A DNA stretch of 24,164 bases from positions 1 to 24,164 of the forward strand of contig JAWBQF010000036.1 in NCBI GenBank assembly GCA_038845975.1, written 5' to 3'. Under the pieces are notes generated by a model. The model worked only from the letters and a program-made list of their open reading frames with translations, was not told where the DNA came from and made no database searches. The stretch's first letter is position 1. The number at the start of each line of letters is the position of its first letter. Positions 9,114 through 17,198 of this stretch are shown here, piece by piece. The stretch comes from Candidatus Methanomethylicia archaeon. GTDB taxonomy: Archaea; Thermoproteota; Methanomethylicia; CALHIW01. The position numbers and the translations under genes are program-made.

Positions 9114-9842
9114 TTATCTGTAATACTTAATAAAATCTACAACTTTAAAGGGATTTTTAAACACTTTAACATTCTTCATAGATTTAATTTTCTTAATATT
9201 TTCAATATCGATTTTTCTTGTTCTTGTGCTCACTATCAATCCGAAGGATACTGCACCATAAGGACAAGCTTCAACACATATTTTACATCCCTCACATAAT
9301 GTAAGCTTTAAACTCGGTAATTTATCTATATTGCTTAATGTAAATGCTCCTGTAGGGCACTTCATTGATGGTGGACATTTGGTAGTGCACGACATACATA
9401 TAGTTCTATTAACTGATATTGGTGTCTTAGATTTTACATGTTTATATGAAGATTCGGAGGGTACAATTAAAACTTTAATGCCGGCTTTACATGCATTCAT
9501 AAATGCATTTGTAACTAGTGTATCAGAAATACCGTTAACTATTTTAGCAATAGTATTTGAAGATGCGGGAGATATTACAAGTAGTCTATAGATTTTTAGA
9601 GTAAGTCTAGCTGCATGTGGACTTGAAGCCCCTTCATCATAATCTGTAAATACTTCATGCAGGTAGTTTCCAGGACAATGCTTTCTAACCACGTTAAGTA
9701 AGCCATACATTTTTAAAACTTCAAATCCAGCTTTAGAGATAAAGCATGTTACATTTACTCCAAGATTAACAAGTTTACCGATTGCTACTATACTTTCCTC
9801 CAGCATATATCCAGCTCCTGTAATTCCCCATGCTATATTCAT
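9114..9842 (-). CDS. dmrX: Dihydromethanopterin reductase (acceptor), flavoprotein with two 4Fe-4S-type motifs (MJ0208-like)
   Basis: IAWGITGAG, PASSNTIAKIVNGISDTLVTNA, a ferredoxin insert CMSC...CPTGA and CEGCKICVEACPYGA, and RKID.EN. Confidence 0.85.
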   Translation of the reverse strand: MNIAWGITGAGYMLEESIVAIGKLVNLGVNVTCFISKAGFEVLKMYGLLNVVRKHCPGNYLHEVFTDYDEGASSPHAARLTLKIYRLLVISPASSNTIAKIVNGISDTLVTNAFMNACKAGIKVLIVPSESSYKHVKSKTPISVNRTICMSCTTKCPPSMKCPTGAFTLSNIDKLPSLKLTLCEGCKICVEACPYGAVSFGLIVSTRTRKIDIENIKKIKSMKNVKVFKNPFKVVDFIKYYR

Positions 9843-9858
9843 AGTGTATCACACTATG

Positions 9859-10695
9859 TTATTTAGAGAGTTTTCTAAGCTGGCCTAAAGTAGCTATATG
9901 TTTAGCTTCTACGTTGTATGGATGTACACTTTCAAAACTTATTACCTTAACCATAACGATCACATCATCACCTAAATCCTTAATTAGGGTAAGCTTATGT
10001 AGTATTTCTCTAGCAACATCTTCAACAAATTTTAGGTTTTCTCTTACCTTAAGAAGCTCTCTAGCTTCCTCTTCTCGTTTAAGCTTCATATGTAGACGCA
10101 TACTCATTGAAGACCTGATGAGTTCAGCAACTTCATGAATGCCATTAGGTATTATGTATTTAGTTTTCAGATTTACAATGCCGATAGCTCTCTGTGTATG
10201 CGTTACTATTGAGTTACCGTTTGTTAATGTTTTTGAAATCTCATATGCACATGGACATGCAGTCATACCGTAAGCACGAACTGAAAGGATATAAATGCTT
10301 TCTCCACTTCTTCTTAACATATATGTCAATGTAAAATCCTCTTCTTCAACTTGGTTAAGCATATTACCGACTTCAATAACCTTTCCTGAAAGCTTCACTA
10401 TCACCCTGTTAGAATAGTTATTAGATCTTAGAGTGGTTTCAGCAAGTTTTCTTGCTAAGTCCCAAGTACTTAGAGAGTTTTCTTCTAATACTTTTTCAAT
10501 AGCTTCGTAACCTCTAGATACATGAATACCTCGTTGATTGTAGGGAAGCGATATGTAAATTGATACTTTAGGATTTGAAAACTCAAAATTACCGTTATCC
10601 CTTAATATATTTCTAGGAATTCTTAATCCTCTCAACCCAACACTTACAAGGCTAAATTCATATTTAGGCTTTTCATTCTGTATATCGGGAATCAC
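9859..10695 (-). CDS. mptA: GTP cyclohydrolase MptA (FolE2/GCYH-IB family)
   Basis: IPDIQ, RGIHVSR, GMTACPC, HTQR, LKREEE, KFVEDVAR and ESVH. The GTG start overlaps the upstream stop. Confidence 0.88.
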   Translation of the reverse strand: MIPDIQNEKPKYEFSLVSVGLRGLRIPRNILRDNGNFEFSNPKVSIYISLPYNQRGIHVSRGYEAIEKVLEENSLSTWDLARKLAETTLRSNNYSNRVIVKLSGKVIEVGNMLNQVEEEDFTLTYMLRRSGESIYILSVRAYGMTACPCAYEISKTLTNGNSIVTHTQRAIGIVNLKTKYIIPNGIHEVAELIRSSMSMRLHMKLKREEEARELLKVRENLKFVEDVAREILHKLTLIKDLGDDVIVMVKVISFESVHPYNVEAKHIATLGQLRKLSK

Positions 10696-11639
10696 TAAAT
10701 CACCCTAATATCTGCTCCCCTATTTCTAGCGTTTGTTACTATAATGCTTCCATCAACACCGTAATCACTTAGACATTTAAATGCTACCCTACATAAGCTA
10801 CCTATATCTTTATCTGTAAAGGCATATACTGTAGGACCCCATGAACTTTGGCCAACACCAAGCCCTCCAATCTCTCTAAGCTTTTTGACAAGACTATCTA
10901 CAACCCCGCTACGAAATACTCCTCCCTGATATTTTGAGAAAGTTTTACCGACAAGAACTTGAATATTTGATAATGCTTCCCCAAACTCTACAATATCTTT
11001 ATTAACTATGCCAGGTATTAACTTCATAAGTGTTAAATACGCTATCTCCATTATCAAACTGGAATCTCCCTTAACCTCCATCATTATAGGCTTTTCAGCT
11101 TCTTCATCATACCCCTTTTCAACATTAGGTATTACTATAATAATTCTCCATTCCTCAGGAAAACTAAGAGATACTATTGGCTTTGGTGGTTTACCTGCTT
11201 TTACACCTCCATCAACAATAAATCCTCCATGAGCAAATGCATATGTACCTATACCTGAAATACTTCCTCTACCGAGAGTTTCAGATATCTTCTCAACGTT
11301 AATACTTAGTCCTTTAGATACTAAATACGCTGTAGCAACACCAAGCTTTAGCTGAGTTGTAGATCCAAGACCAACATGCATAGGAATTTCTCTAGAGATC
11401 TTAATATGAACATTCCTACTAACACCATATCTATTTGAAATAGTATTTAGAGTTTCTAGAACACTGTTATAGTATTGTTTATTACATGATATTTCAAGAT
11501 TATCTGAGGGTTCAGCTTCAATTTCAAAGTATGGCTCATTAATGGTTAATCCTATACTCCCATATCTCCTACCATGTAGACCTGTTGGATCAATTATTCC
11601 TAGATGTAGCCGTGAGGGAGTTCTTACTATTACTTTCAT
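10695..11639 (-). CDS. mptG: Beta-ribofuranosylaminobenzene 5'-phosphate (RFAP) synthase, GHMP fold
   Basis: TPSRLHLG, HVGLGSTTQL, GRGSISGIG...F.HGGFIVDGG and GQSSWGPTVY. Confidence 0.92.
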   Translation of the reverse strand: MKVIVRTPSRLHLGIIDPTGLHGRRYGSIGLTINEPYFEIEAEPSDNLEISCNKQYYNSVLETLNTISNRYGVSRNVHIKISREIPMHVGLGSTTQLKLGVATAYLVSKGLSINVEKISETLGRGSISGIGTYAFAHGGFIVDGGVKAGKPPKPIVSLSFPEEWRIIIVIPNVEKGYDEEAEKPIMMEVKGDSSLIMEIAYLTLMKLIPGIVNKDIVEFGEALSNIQVLVGKTFSKYQGGVFRSGVVDSLVKKLREIGGLGVGQSSWGPTVYAFTDKDIGSLCRVAFKCLSDYGVDGSIIVTNARNRGADIRVI

Positions 11640-12247
11640 TTAATCACCTTTAAAACTTCATTTAGAATATTTCCAGCAATATCTTCATAAACAGTTCCGA
11701 AAGATGTTTTCCTAACTATATTAAAATTATGTTTAACAATATCGACGAGTTTTAAAGCCTCATTAATCATATTAGATTCCATGTATGATTTGATTTTAGT
11801 ATAGTATATGAGCATTTCAATAATAGCTGGCTTAACTCTGGAGTATGGATTAGGATTTTCACGTATAAGTACATTATCTACTTTACACTTAATTTCAGCC
11901 CGCTTTCTATTCAGCTTTTCATCCTTAACACTTAACATTAAAGCAGCTTTCGATCCTGAAATAATAGGCTCCGGGAAATCTGAAACTATTTCAACAATAC
12001 CGCTAATGTCTAATCTTTTCAAAACTATGTTTGTAATAAGCTTAACATCATCAATAATACATAGGACTCCTCTTCTAGTTTCGGTAAGGTTTCTATAGGT
12101 TTTTGTATTGATGTAGGGCTTAACCATTATGTGGCTATCATCGATTTTCATATAGCCCATAGCTGCAGCATTAATACTCCCATCTGGGTTTCTTGTTAGG
12201 AGGATTCCTTCATAGATTATTTTTTCATCAAGAAAATATAAATTCAC
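11636..12247 (-). CDS. DUF447 family protein (Orf22-like, split-barrel/FMN-binding-like)
   Basis: IYEGILLT..PDG..NAAAMG, PYINTKTYRNL and SR...AIIE..IY.T. It overlaps mptG by 4 bp (ATGA). Confidence 0.8.
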   Translation of the reverse strand: MNLYFLDEKIIYEGILLTRNPDGSINAAAMGYMKIDDSHIMVKPYINTKTYRNLTETRRGVLCIIDDVKLITNIVLKRLDISGIVEIVSDFPEPIISGSKAALMLSVKDEKLNRKRAEIKCKVDNVLIRENPNPYSRVKPAIIEMLIYYTKIKSYMESNMINEALKLVDIVKHNFNIVRKTSFGTVYEDIAGNILNEVLKVIK

Positions 12248-12258
12248 TAAGAACCACT

Positions 12259-13380
12259 CTAACTACTTCTTAAATTTTTAACTACGTAATCAACATTAAA
12301 GTCTGGAAAACCAATGTAGTCTAGAACTGTTCCCTTAGCATTTCTAATATCTAAATTATCTGTTAAGTTCTTGTATTTACCATTTCCAATACCATTAGCT
12401 ATCAAAGCAGCTCCCTGAGCTACATCCTTCGCTATTTTGGTAAATGTTTTTGGTCTACGAGTATTCAAATTAAACTTTCTATGTATAGCAGTCTTAATAT
12501 CTTTAAAAAGCCTATCAACTCTTGAAAGGCGGCCAGTAACAATAACTTCTCTAGGTCTACTATCCAGAACTATAAGCTCCATAGATACAGCTTTTAAAAT
12601 ACCTTCAAGCATAGCATTCCATGCAAGCTTAAATTTTTCATCTAAATCTATTTTCATGGAGAAGTCTATAGGGTCAATAATGTCTTTAGAGGCAATCCAT
12701 GCTGCTCCGCCTTGAAATAGCTTAAGCTTCGAGAAGTTACCTAATAAGTATGCAAGCTCCCCATCCATAAGGCTGAGGGTTAAGTATCCTGGACCTGGGA
12801 ATATTGTACCTCCGATTCCATCAACGATCTTACCGTTTTCAATAGCTATAGCAGCATTATATCCGAAGCCGATTTCAACACAGATAAGATTTACATCTGA
12901 ATAGTTAATACTATACTCTCTAGCTTGATCCCAAATAGCTAAAGCAGCAACACAAGTTTTATCAGCAGTTCCCATATCAATTTTGTTAAATTTACGGTGA
13001 AGAGGAATTGTGGGAAGTTGAATAATTCCTGGAATTGAGTAAGCATTTAAATTAGCTTCCTTCATAAGCCATAAAAGTCTACGTAAACCTTTCAGTACTG
13101 GAATATCAACATCATCAATTTTATCAAGAGTTGTCAAAGCAACATCTCTATCTGTAAACTTAGAAATATGTTTAAACTCTAAGCCGTAACCTGAAGGGCC
13201 AACAATAAAATCAGCGTTAGCAGACTTTATAGCTTTAAAAATTTCATCAGGACTCATAGCAACCTCTTCACTTGGAATACTTATATCCAATACAACATTG
13301 TCAACATCATCTTCAAAACAGCATACATCAAAGCTTTTCGTACCAGGATCAACACCTAGAAATCTCAAAGAAACCACCAA
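12259..13380 (-). CDS. DUF1464 family ASKHA-fold kinase-like protein (COG2441)
   Basis: GVDPGTKSFD, GPSGYG, NKIDMGTADK, EIGFGYNA, GKIVDGIGGT, DGELAYL and AQGAALIA.GI..G. Confidence 0.85.
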   Translation of the reverse strand: MVVSLRFLGVDPGTKSFDVCCFEDDVDNVVLDISIPSEEVAMSPDEIFKAIKSANADFIVGPSGYGLEFKHISKFTDRDVALTTLDKIDDVDIPVLKGLRRLLWLMKEANLNAYSIPGIIQLPTIPLHRKFNKIDMGTADKTCVAALAIWDQAREYSINYSDVNLICVEIGFGYNAAIAIENGKIVDGIGGTIFPGPGYLTLSLMDGELAYLLGNFSKLKLFQGGAAWIASKDIIDPIDFSMKIDLDEKFKLAWNAMLEGILKAVSMELIVLDSRPREVIVTGRLSRVDRLFKDIKTAIHRKFNLNTRRPKTFTKIAKDVAQGAALIANGIGNGKYKNLTDNLDIRNAKGTVLDYIGFPDFNVDYVVKNLRSS

Positions 13381-13422
13381 GTAACCTAATATTTACCATC
13401 GGTTACCTAAAATACACCACAG

Positions 13423-13436
13423 TATATAAATCTTTC
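13423..13436 (-). promoter_or_regulatory. BRE-TATA promoter of the pterin operon
   Basis: The minus strand reads GAAAGA-TTTATATA about 43 nt upstream of the DUF1464 start. Confidence 0.55.
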
Positions 13437-13448
13437 TATTTTTAAACC

Positions 13449-14016
13449 GGCTTTGTTAACTTAAGCATGTTTATCACCTCTATTTTTGGTATTATGTTTT
13501 CTATGAATTCCTTAGCTTTTATTTTCCTGTTAATCCATGTTTCGTTTAGCTATGCTATTGACTTCATAAGCATTAATGCATGCTCATTACCGCATTTATT
13601 TTTCATGCACGGTATGTAATTATCGAATAATCTAGTTCTATTCTATATACTGTATTATTCTCTCCATTAATTCTAACCTCTAAACTATACAATTCATGTT
13701 TTAATTTTAATATTCTCATGATGCTTTATAGTATTGAGCTCCATCACTTAATACAACTATATTCCATAGATAGCTCTAACCTTTTAATGTTAGTGATGTA
13801 AGTATGTTGCAACATCGCAAACCCATACATATAGAATCCTTCTTAATAATGGCTCGAATGCAACATAAATAACCTTACTCTTAAAACCTACTTATAATAG
13901 TATCATCAACCATAACGATTCTAACATCCCTCCTATCGAATTCAAATAGGAAGCTTAAGATAAACCACGATAATATAGATACATAACTCCTAACAATATC
14001 TGAAGCCATTCTAGAT
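13449..14016 (-). mobile_element. IS6-family element copy C, degraded, left end missing
   Basis: It starts with the TIR GGCTTTGTTAACTT at 13449. Its reverse complement matches copy A closely and matches copy B up to the shared ATCTAGAATGGCTT. Fragments IVMVDDTII and IVVLSDGAQYY are present with multiple frameshifts. Confidence 0.88.
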
Positions 14017-14206
14017 AGAAATAATAGATAGAAACCTTAGTAAACTTGAGAAGTTAATATTTACAATTGCTAGTTAATTCTAAACTTCAAATTGAGAATT
14101 TATTAGAAATGGTAAACATTCTTAAGTTTACTAAGGTTTAAACTAGCTTATGTTTGATGACCTAGATTCATAAAGCATTGAAATCGCTAACTATTATTTC
14201 TATCTA
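14012..14206. repeat. Nested inverted repeats, MITE-like
   Basis: The outer pair is perfect over 16 bp: TAGATAGAAATAATAG (14012-14027) and CTATTATTTCTATCTA (14191-14206), flanked by TTC on both sides. The inner pair matches at 20 of 21 bp: AAACCTTAGTAAACTTGAGAA (14032-14052) and TTCTTAAGTTTACTAAGGTTT (14119-14139). Confidence 0.75.
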
Positions 14207-14246
14207 TTCTAATAAAGTTATTAAATCTCAGCTATAGTTAAATATT

Positions 14247-15155
14247 ATGGTGAGTATTAAAATTAGTAAACACGTCTTCCTTATTAGAGGAGAAAATGAG
14301 GGTAAATATCCATTCTGTAACTGCATATTTATTGATGATAGAGTGAAGTGCTTAATCGATTCCGGAGCTGGAACTGACCAAATTATGAAGCTAAATATGG
14401 AAGAAATTGACTACTTAATAAACTCCCACGCCCATGAAGATCATATATTTCTTAATACTCTTCTTAGAAATGCATGTGTATGCTGTCATGAAAATGATGT
14501 AGCAGCCATAGAATCTATTGAGGAGCTTAAGAAACGCTATGGCCCACCAGACTCAGAAATCCATAGTTTAATGGATTATTTCCTGAAGATACTAAACTTT
14601 AAACCATCAAGAGTTAATTTAAGACTTAGGGATAATGATGAGTTCAGTTTTGGAAACGTTAGGTTAAAAGTTATACATACTCCTGGGCACTCAATAGGGC
14701 ATTGTTGCTTTTTAATTGATGATGAAAATACAAGATTAATTCATCTTTCAGATATAGACTTAACCTCCTTCGGTCCATGGTATGGCTGCTTAGACTGTGA
14801 TGTGGATATGTTTATTGATTCAATAAGTAAAATTATTGAAATCGTTGAAGTAATGAATATTAATATAGCAACATCAAGTCATAAGGAAATAGTTAGAGGA
14901 AGAGAAGAGATAAAGATAAAGCTTAAAAATTATCTTAACAAGATATTTGATAGAGAAATGGAAATATTAAAACTTCTTGCTACTGAGAAAAGTATAAATG
15001 ATTTAGTTGGTAAAGGAATAATATATAGTAAATTTCCAGAGCCTAAGTTAGCATATATGATCTTTGAGAAAGTAATGATCGAAAAACATGTTGAAAGACT
15101 ATTAAGGAAGGGATTGATTAATAATATAAATGGAAAATTCAAGGTTAAGATTTAA
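14247..15155 (+). CDS. MBL-fold metallo-hydrolase
   Basis: LIDSG, SHAHEDH (HxHxDH), HTPGHSIGH and DIDLTSFGPWYG, with a C-terminal wHTH-like tail. Confidence 0.9.
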   Translation: MVSIKISKHVFLIRGENEGKYPFCNCIFIDDRVKCLIDSGAGTDQIMKLNMEEIDYLINSHAHEDHIFLNTLLRNACVCCHENDVAAIESIEELKKRYGPPDSEIHSLMDYFLKILNFKPSRVNLRLRDNDEFSFGNVRLKVIHTPGHSIGHCCFLIDDENTRLIHLSDIDLTSFGPWYGCLDCDVDMFIDSISKIIEIVEVMNINIATSSHKEIVRGREEIKIKLKNYLNKIFDREMEILKLLATEKSINDLVGKGIIYSKFPEPKLAYMIFEKVMIEKHVERLLRKGLINNINGKFKVKI

Positions 15156-15156
15156 T

Positions 15157-15750
15157 TTATCTATTTAAATACTTTAAATAGTCTTCTCTACTTATCTCTA
15201 CGTTTCTTTCACAGTAGACACATTTAAAAACCATATGTTTTCCATTATCACCAATAATTTTACTAACCCTTCTACCGCAGAAGCATACAAACCCCTTAAG
15301 TCTTGCAGGATTTCCATAAACTAAACCAAAATCAGGAACGTTCTCTGTTACTACAGCTCCAGCTCCAACCATAGCATATCTTCCAATAGTTACACCACAT
15401 AGAATCGTTGCATTAGCTCCTATGCTTGCCCCTTTCTTAACTATTGTCGGTATAATTCGCCAATTATTATTGTATGCTCTAGGGTATAAATCATTAGTAA
15501 ATGTCATGTGGGGACCAAGGAAAACATCATCTTCAATCTTAACTCCACGATAAATCGATACACCATTCTGAATCTTTACATTATTTCCTATTTCAACATC
15601 TACATCTATAAAAACATCCTTACCTATATTACAGTTTCTACCGATCTTAGCTCCTCTTCTGACATGTACAAAATGCCAAATTTTGCTTCCCTCACCAATA
15701 GTAACATCCTCCTCAATAACTGCTGTAGGATGAATGAAATAGTCTGGCAT
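15157..15750 (-). CDS. Hexapeptide-repeat N-acyltransferase (WbpD/WxcM-like) with a C-terminal Cys cluster
   Basis: [44 protein letters not shown] and [14 protein letters not shown]...CVYC. Confidence 0.9.
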   Translation of the reverse strand: MPDYFIHPTAVIEEDVTIGEGSKIWHFVHVRRGAKIGRNCNIGKDVFIDVDVEIGNNVKIQNGVSIYRGVKIEDDVFLGPHMTFTNDLYPRAYNNNWRIIPTIVKKGASIGANATILCGVTIGRYAMVGAGAVVTENVPDFGLVYGNPARLKGFVCFCGRRVSKIIGDNGKHMVFKCVYCERNVEISREDYLKYLNR

Positions 15751-15903
15751 AAATTAATAATATGTATAGACTTTTATTCTTTTAGATGATCTAATAGTCC
15801 TAAATACTAGAATATTAACCAAGACAAGTATTGCGATGAAGCCAATATTCTCGTTGATAATAAATCATGAATCTAAATAAGCTGTTTCTATTTTGATCTA
15901 CAA

Positions 15904-15930
15904 TTTCCTATAATTTAGGAAAGTTTAAAT
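15904..15930 (+). promoter_or_regulatory. Inverted repeat overlapping the BRE, plus TATA box, of the creatininase-family gene
   Basis: TTTCCTA-N5-TAGGAAA (15904-15922) is followed after one base by TTTAAAT (15924-15930). Confidence 0.45.
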
Positions 15931-15949
15931 TGATGTTTAGATTTTACGA

Positions 15950-16672
15950 TTGATACTGATGGAGATTAAATACTTCAATAGCAAGAAGCTTATTGAAATG
16001 GTTAGGAATGACTCTATCATTGTACCTGTTGGATCATTAGAATGGCATGGTCCAATATCTACTGGCTCTGATTCTATAATTGCAGAATTTATAGCTAAAG
16101 TTATAGGATCAAAACTTAATATACCTGTAGCACCATTAATTCCCTATGGTTTTTCAAATGAACATAGAGAATTAGGATTTACAATATCTGTTTCCATCAA
16201 TACATTTAAATCCTATTTATATGAGATATTATTAGAGTTTATAAGAAATAAAGTTAAAAACATTATAATAGTTAATGGTCATGGAGGAAACACTTTCATA
16301 ATTAGAGCTGTAATTACAGACTTAAAGAGTACATATACCAACATTAATATATACCTTATTGATGTCTGGAGTATTTTTTCTAAAGTATTAAAGGAAAGAT
16401 TTGGAAATGATGTTCAGAGTGATCATGGCGGAATTGTTGAATCATCAATTCTAGCTTATGTTTCTGATGATGTAGAAATTGGTGTAGAAATCATTAATGA
16501 GTTAATAATACCTAAAGTTCCAGTTCCTGTTAAAAGACTTAAATATATATTCAAGCCATGGCTTCCCCAAGAAGTAGGAAATGAATTTAAAGCTTCACGT
16601 AAGCTAGGAGAGATTCTAGTTAATGAATTAATTAGTAAAGTTATAGATGAGTTAAGAAAAGAATTAGAATAA
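15950..16672 (+). CDS. Creatininase-family amidohydrolase (ArfB/MftE-like fold)
   Basis: PVGSLEWHGP...D, YGFSNEH, NGHGGN and DHGGIVES. The start may be ATG 15959. Confidence 0.88.
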   Translation: MILMEIKYFNSKKLIEMVRNDSIIVPVGSLEWHGPISTGSDSIIAEFIAKVIGSKLNIPVAPLIPYGFSNEHRELGFTISVSINTFKSYLYEILLEFIRNKVKNIIIVNGHGGNTFIIRAVITDLKSTYTNINIYLIDVWSIFSKVLKERFGNDVQSDHGGIVESSILAYVSDDVEIGVEIINELIIPKVPVPVKRLKYIFKPWLPQEVGNEFKASRKLGEILVNELISKVIDELRKELE

Positions 16673-17161
16673 TCTATGTTTGACAGTATCCATAACTCAG
16701 CTAGACAGACATTATCATATCCTAGACTTCTAGATTTGTTAATATCTTTAATAATAAATTTCTGGGAGTCCTTTAGATCTACAATTCTCACTAAATCTTC
16801 AACCTTGAAACCCGTATATTATTTACCTAAGCTTTACAATATTCGTTCCTTCTACAACTTGATAGCTAAAGTCTTCTAGCCCTAAGTATTCAAGACCCAT
16901 AAATACAAATATCTCAATACTAACAAGAAATGAACTGTATAGATAAACAGTCAGTAATAAGAGTTGTTGAATAGAGTATGAAAAACTTAAATTATGAGTC
17001 AAATATACTCATATCTTAACTATATTTCATTAAGTCTTGATTAGGTTTGAATTAGCTGTTAACTATGTAGAATATTTAACATTCGCTGACTGTAAACTAT
17101 CTTTATGAGCTTAAGTCATTAATTACAGTATCAGTATCATATTTAAAGCTTACAAAGTCAG

Positions 17162-17185
17162 TAAACTTTCTGGTAAAGTTTATAA
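17162..17185 (+). promoter_or_regulatory. Inverted repeat overlapping the BRE-TATA of the oxidoreductase operon
   Basis: TAAACTTT-N5-AAAGTTTA (17162-17182). The right arm runs into AAAG-TTTATAA. Confidence 0.45.
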
Positions 17186-17198
17186 GTTCTTAATATAT

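Noticed and set aside
8154-12715. Eight plus-strand ORFs of 74-125 aa opposite the pterin operon
   Set aside because: They are antisense to conserved genes, with the Ser/Ile/Leu-rich composition typical of shadow frames.
7592-13380. Evidence of methanogenesis
   Set aside because: Pterin biosynthesis genes also occur in non-methanogens, and no mcr or mtr genes are in the window.
15830-15890. Possible C/D box sRNA (GCGATGA...TTGA...)
   Set aside because: There is no terminal CTGA D box at a suitable spacing and no recognisable guide.
16456-16879. ORFs 16456..16791 (-) and 16676..16879 (+) as real genes
   Set aside because: The first overlaps the creatininase gene by more than 200 bp antisense, and neither has recognisable motifs. 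The region is kept only as a possible pseudogene.
16940-17105. Weak inverted repeat ACAGTCAG/CTGACTGT as a third MITE
   Set aside because: Only 8 bp are perfect, there is no TSD and there is no second copy, so it is compatible with chance.
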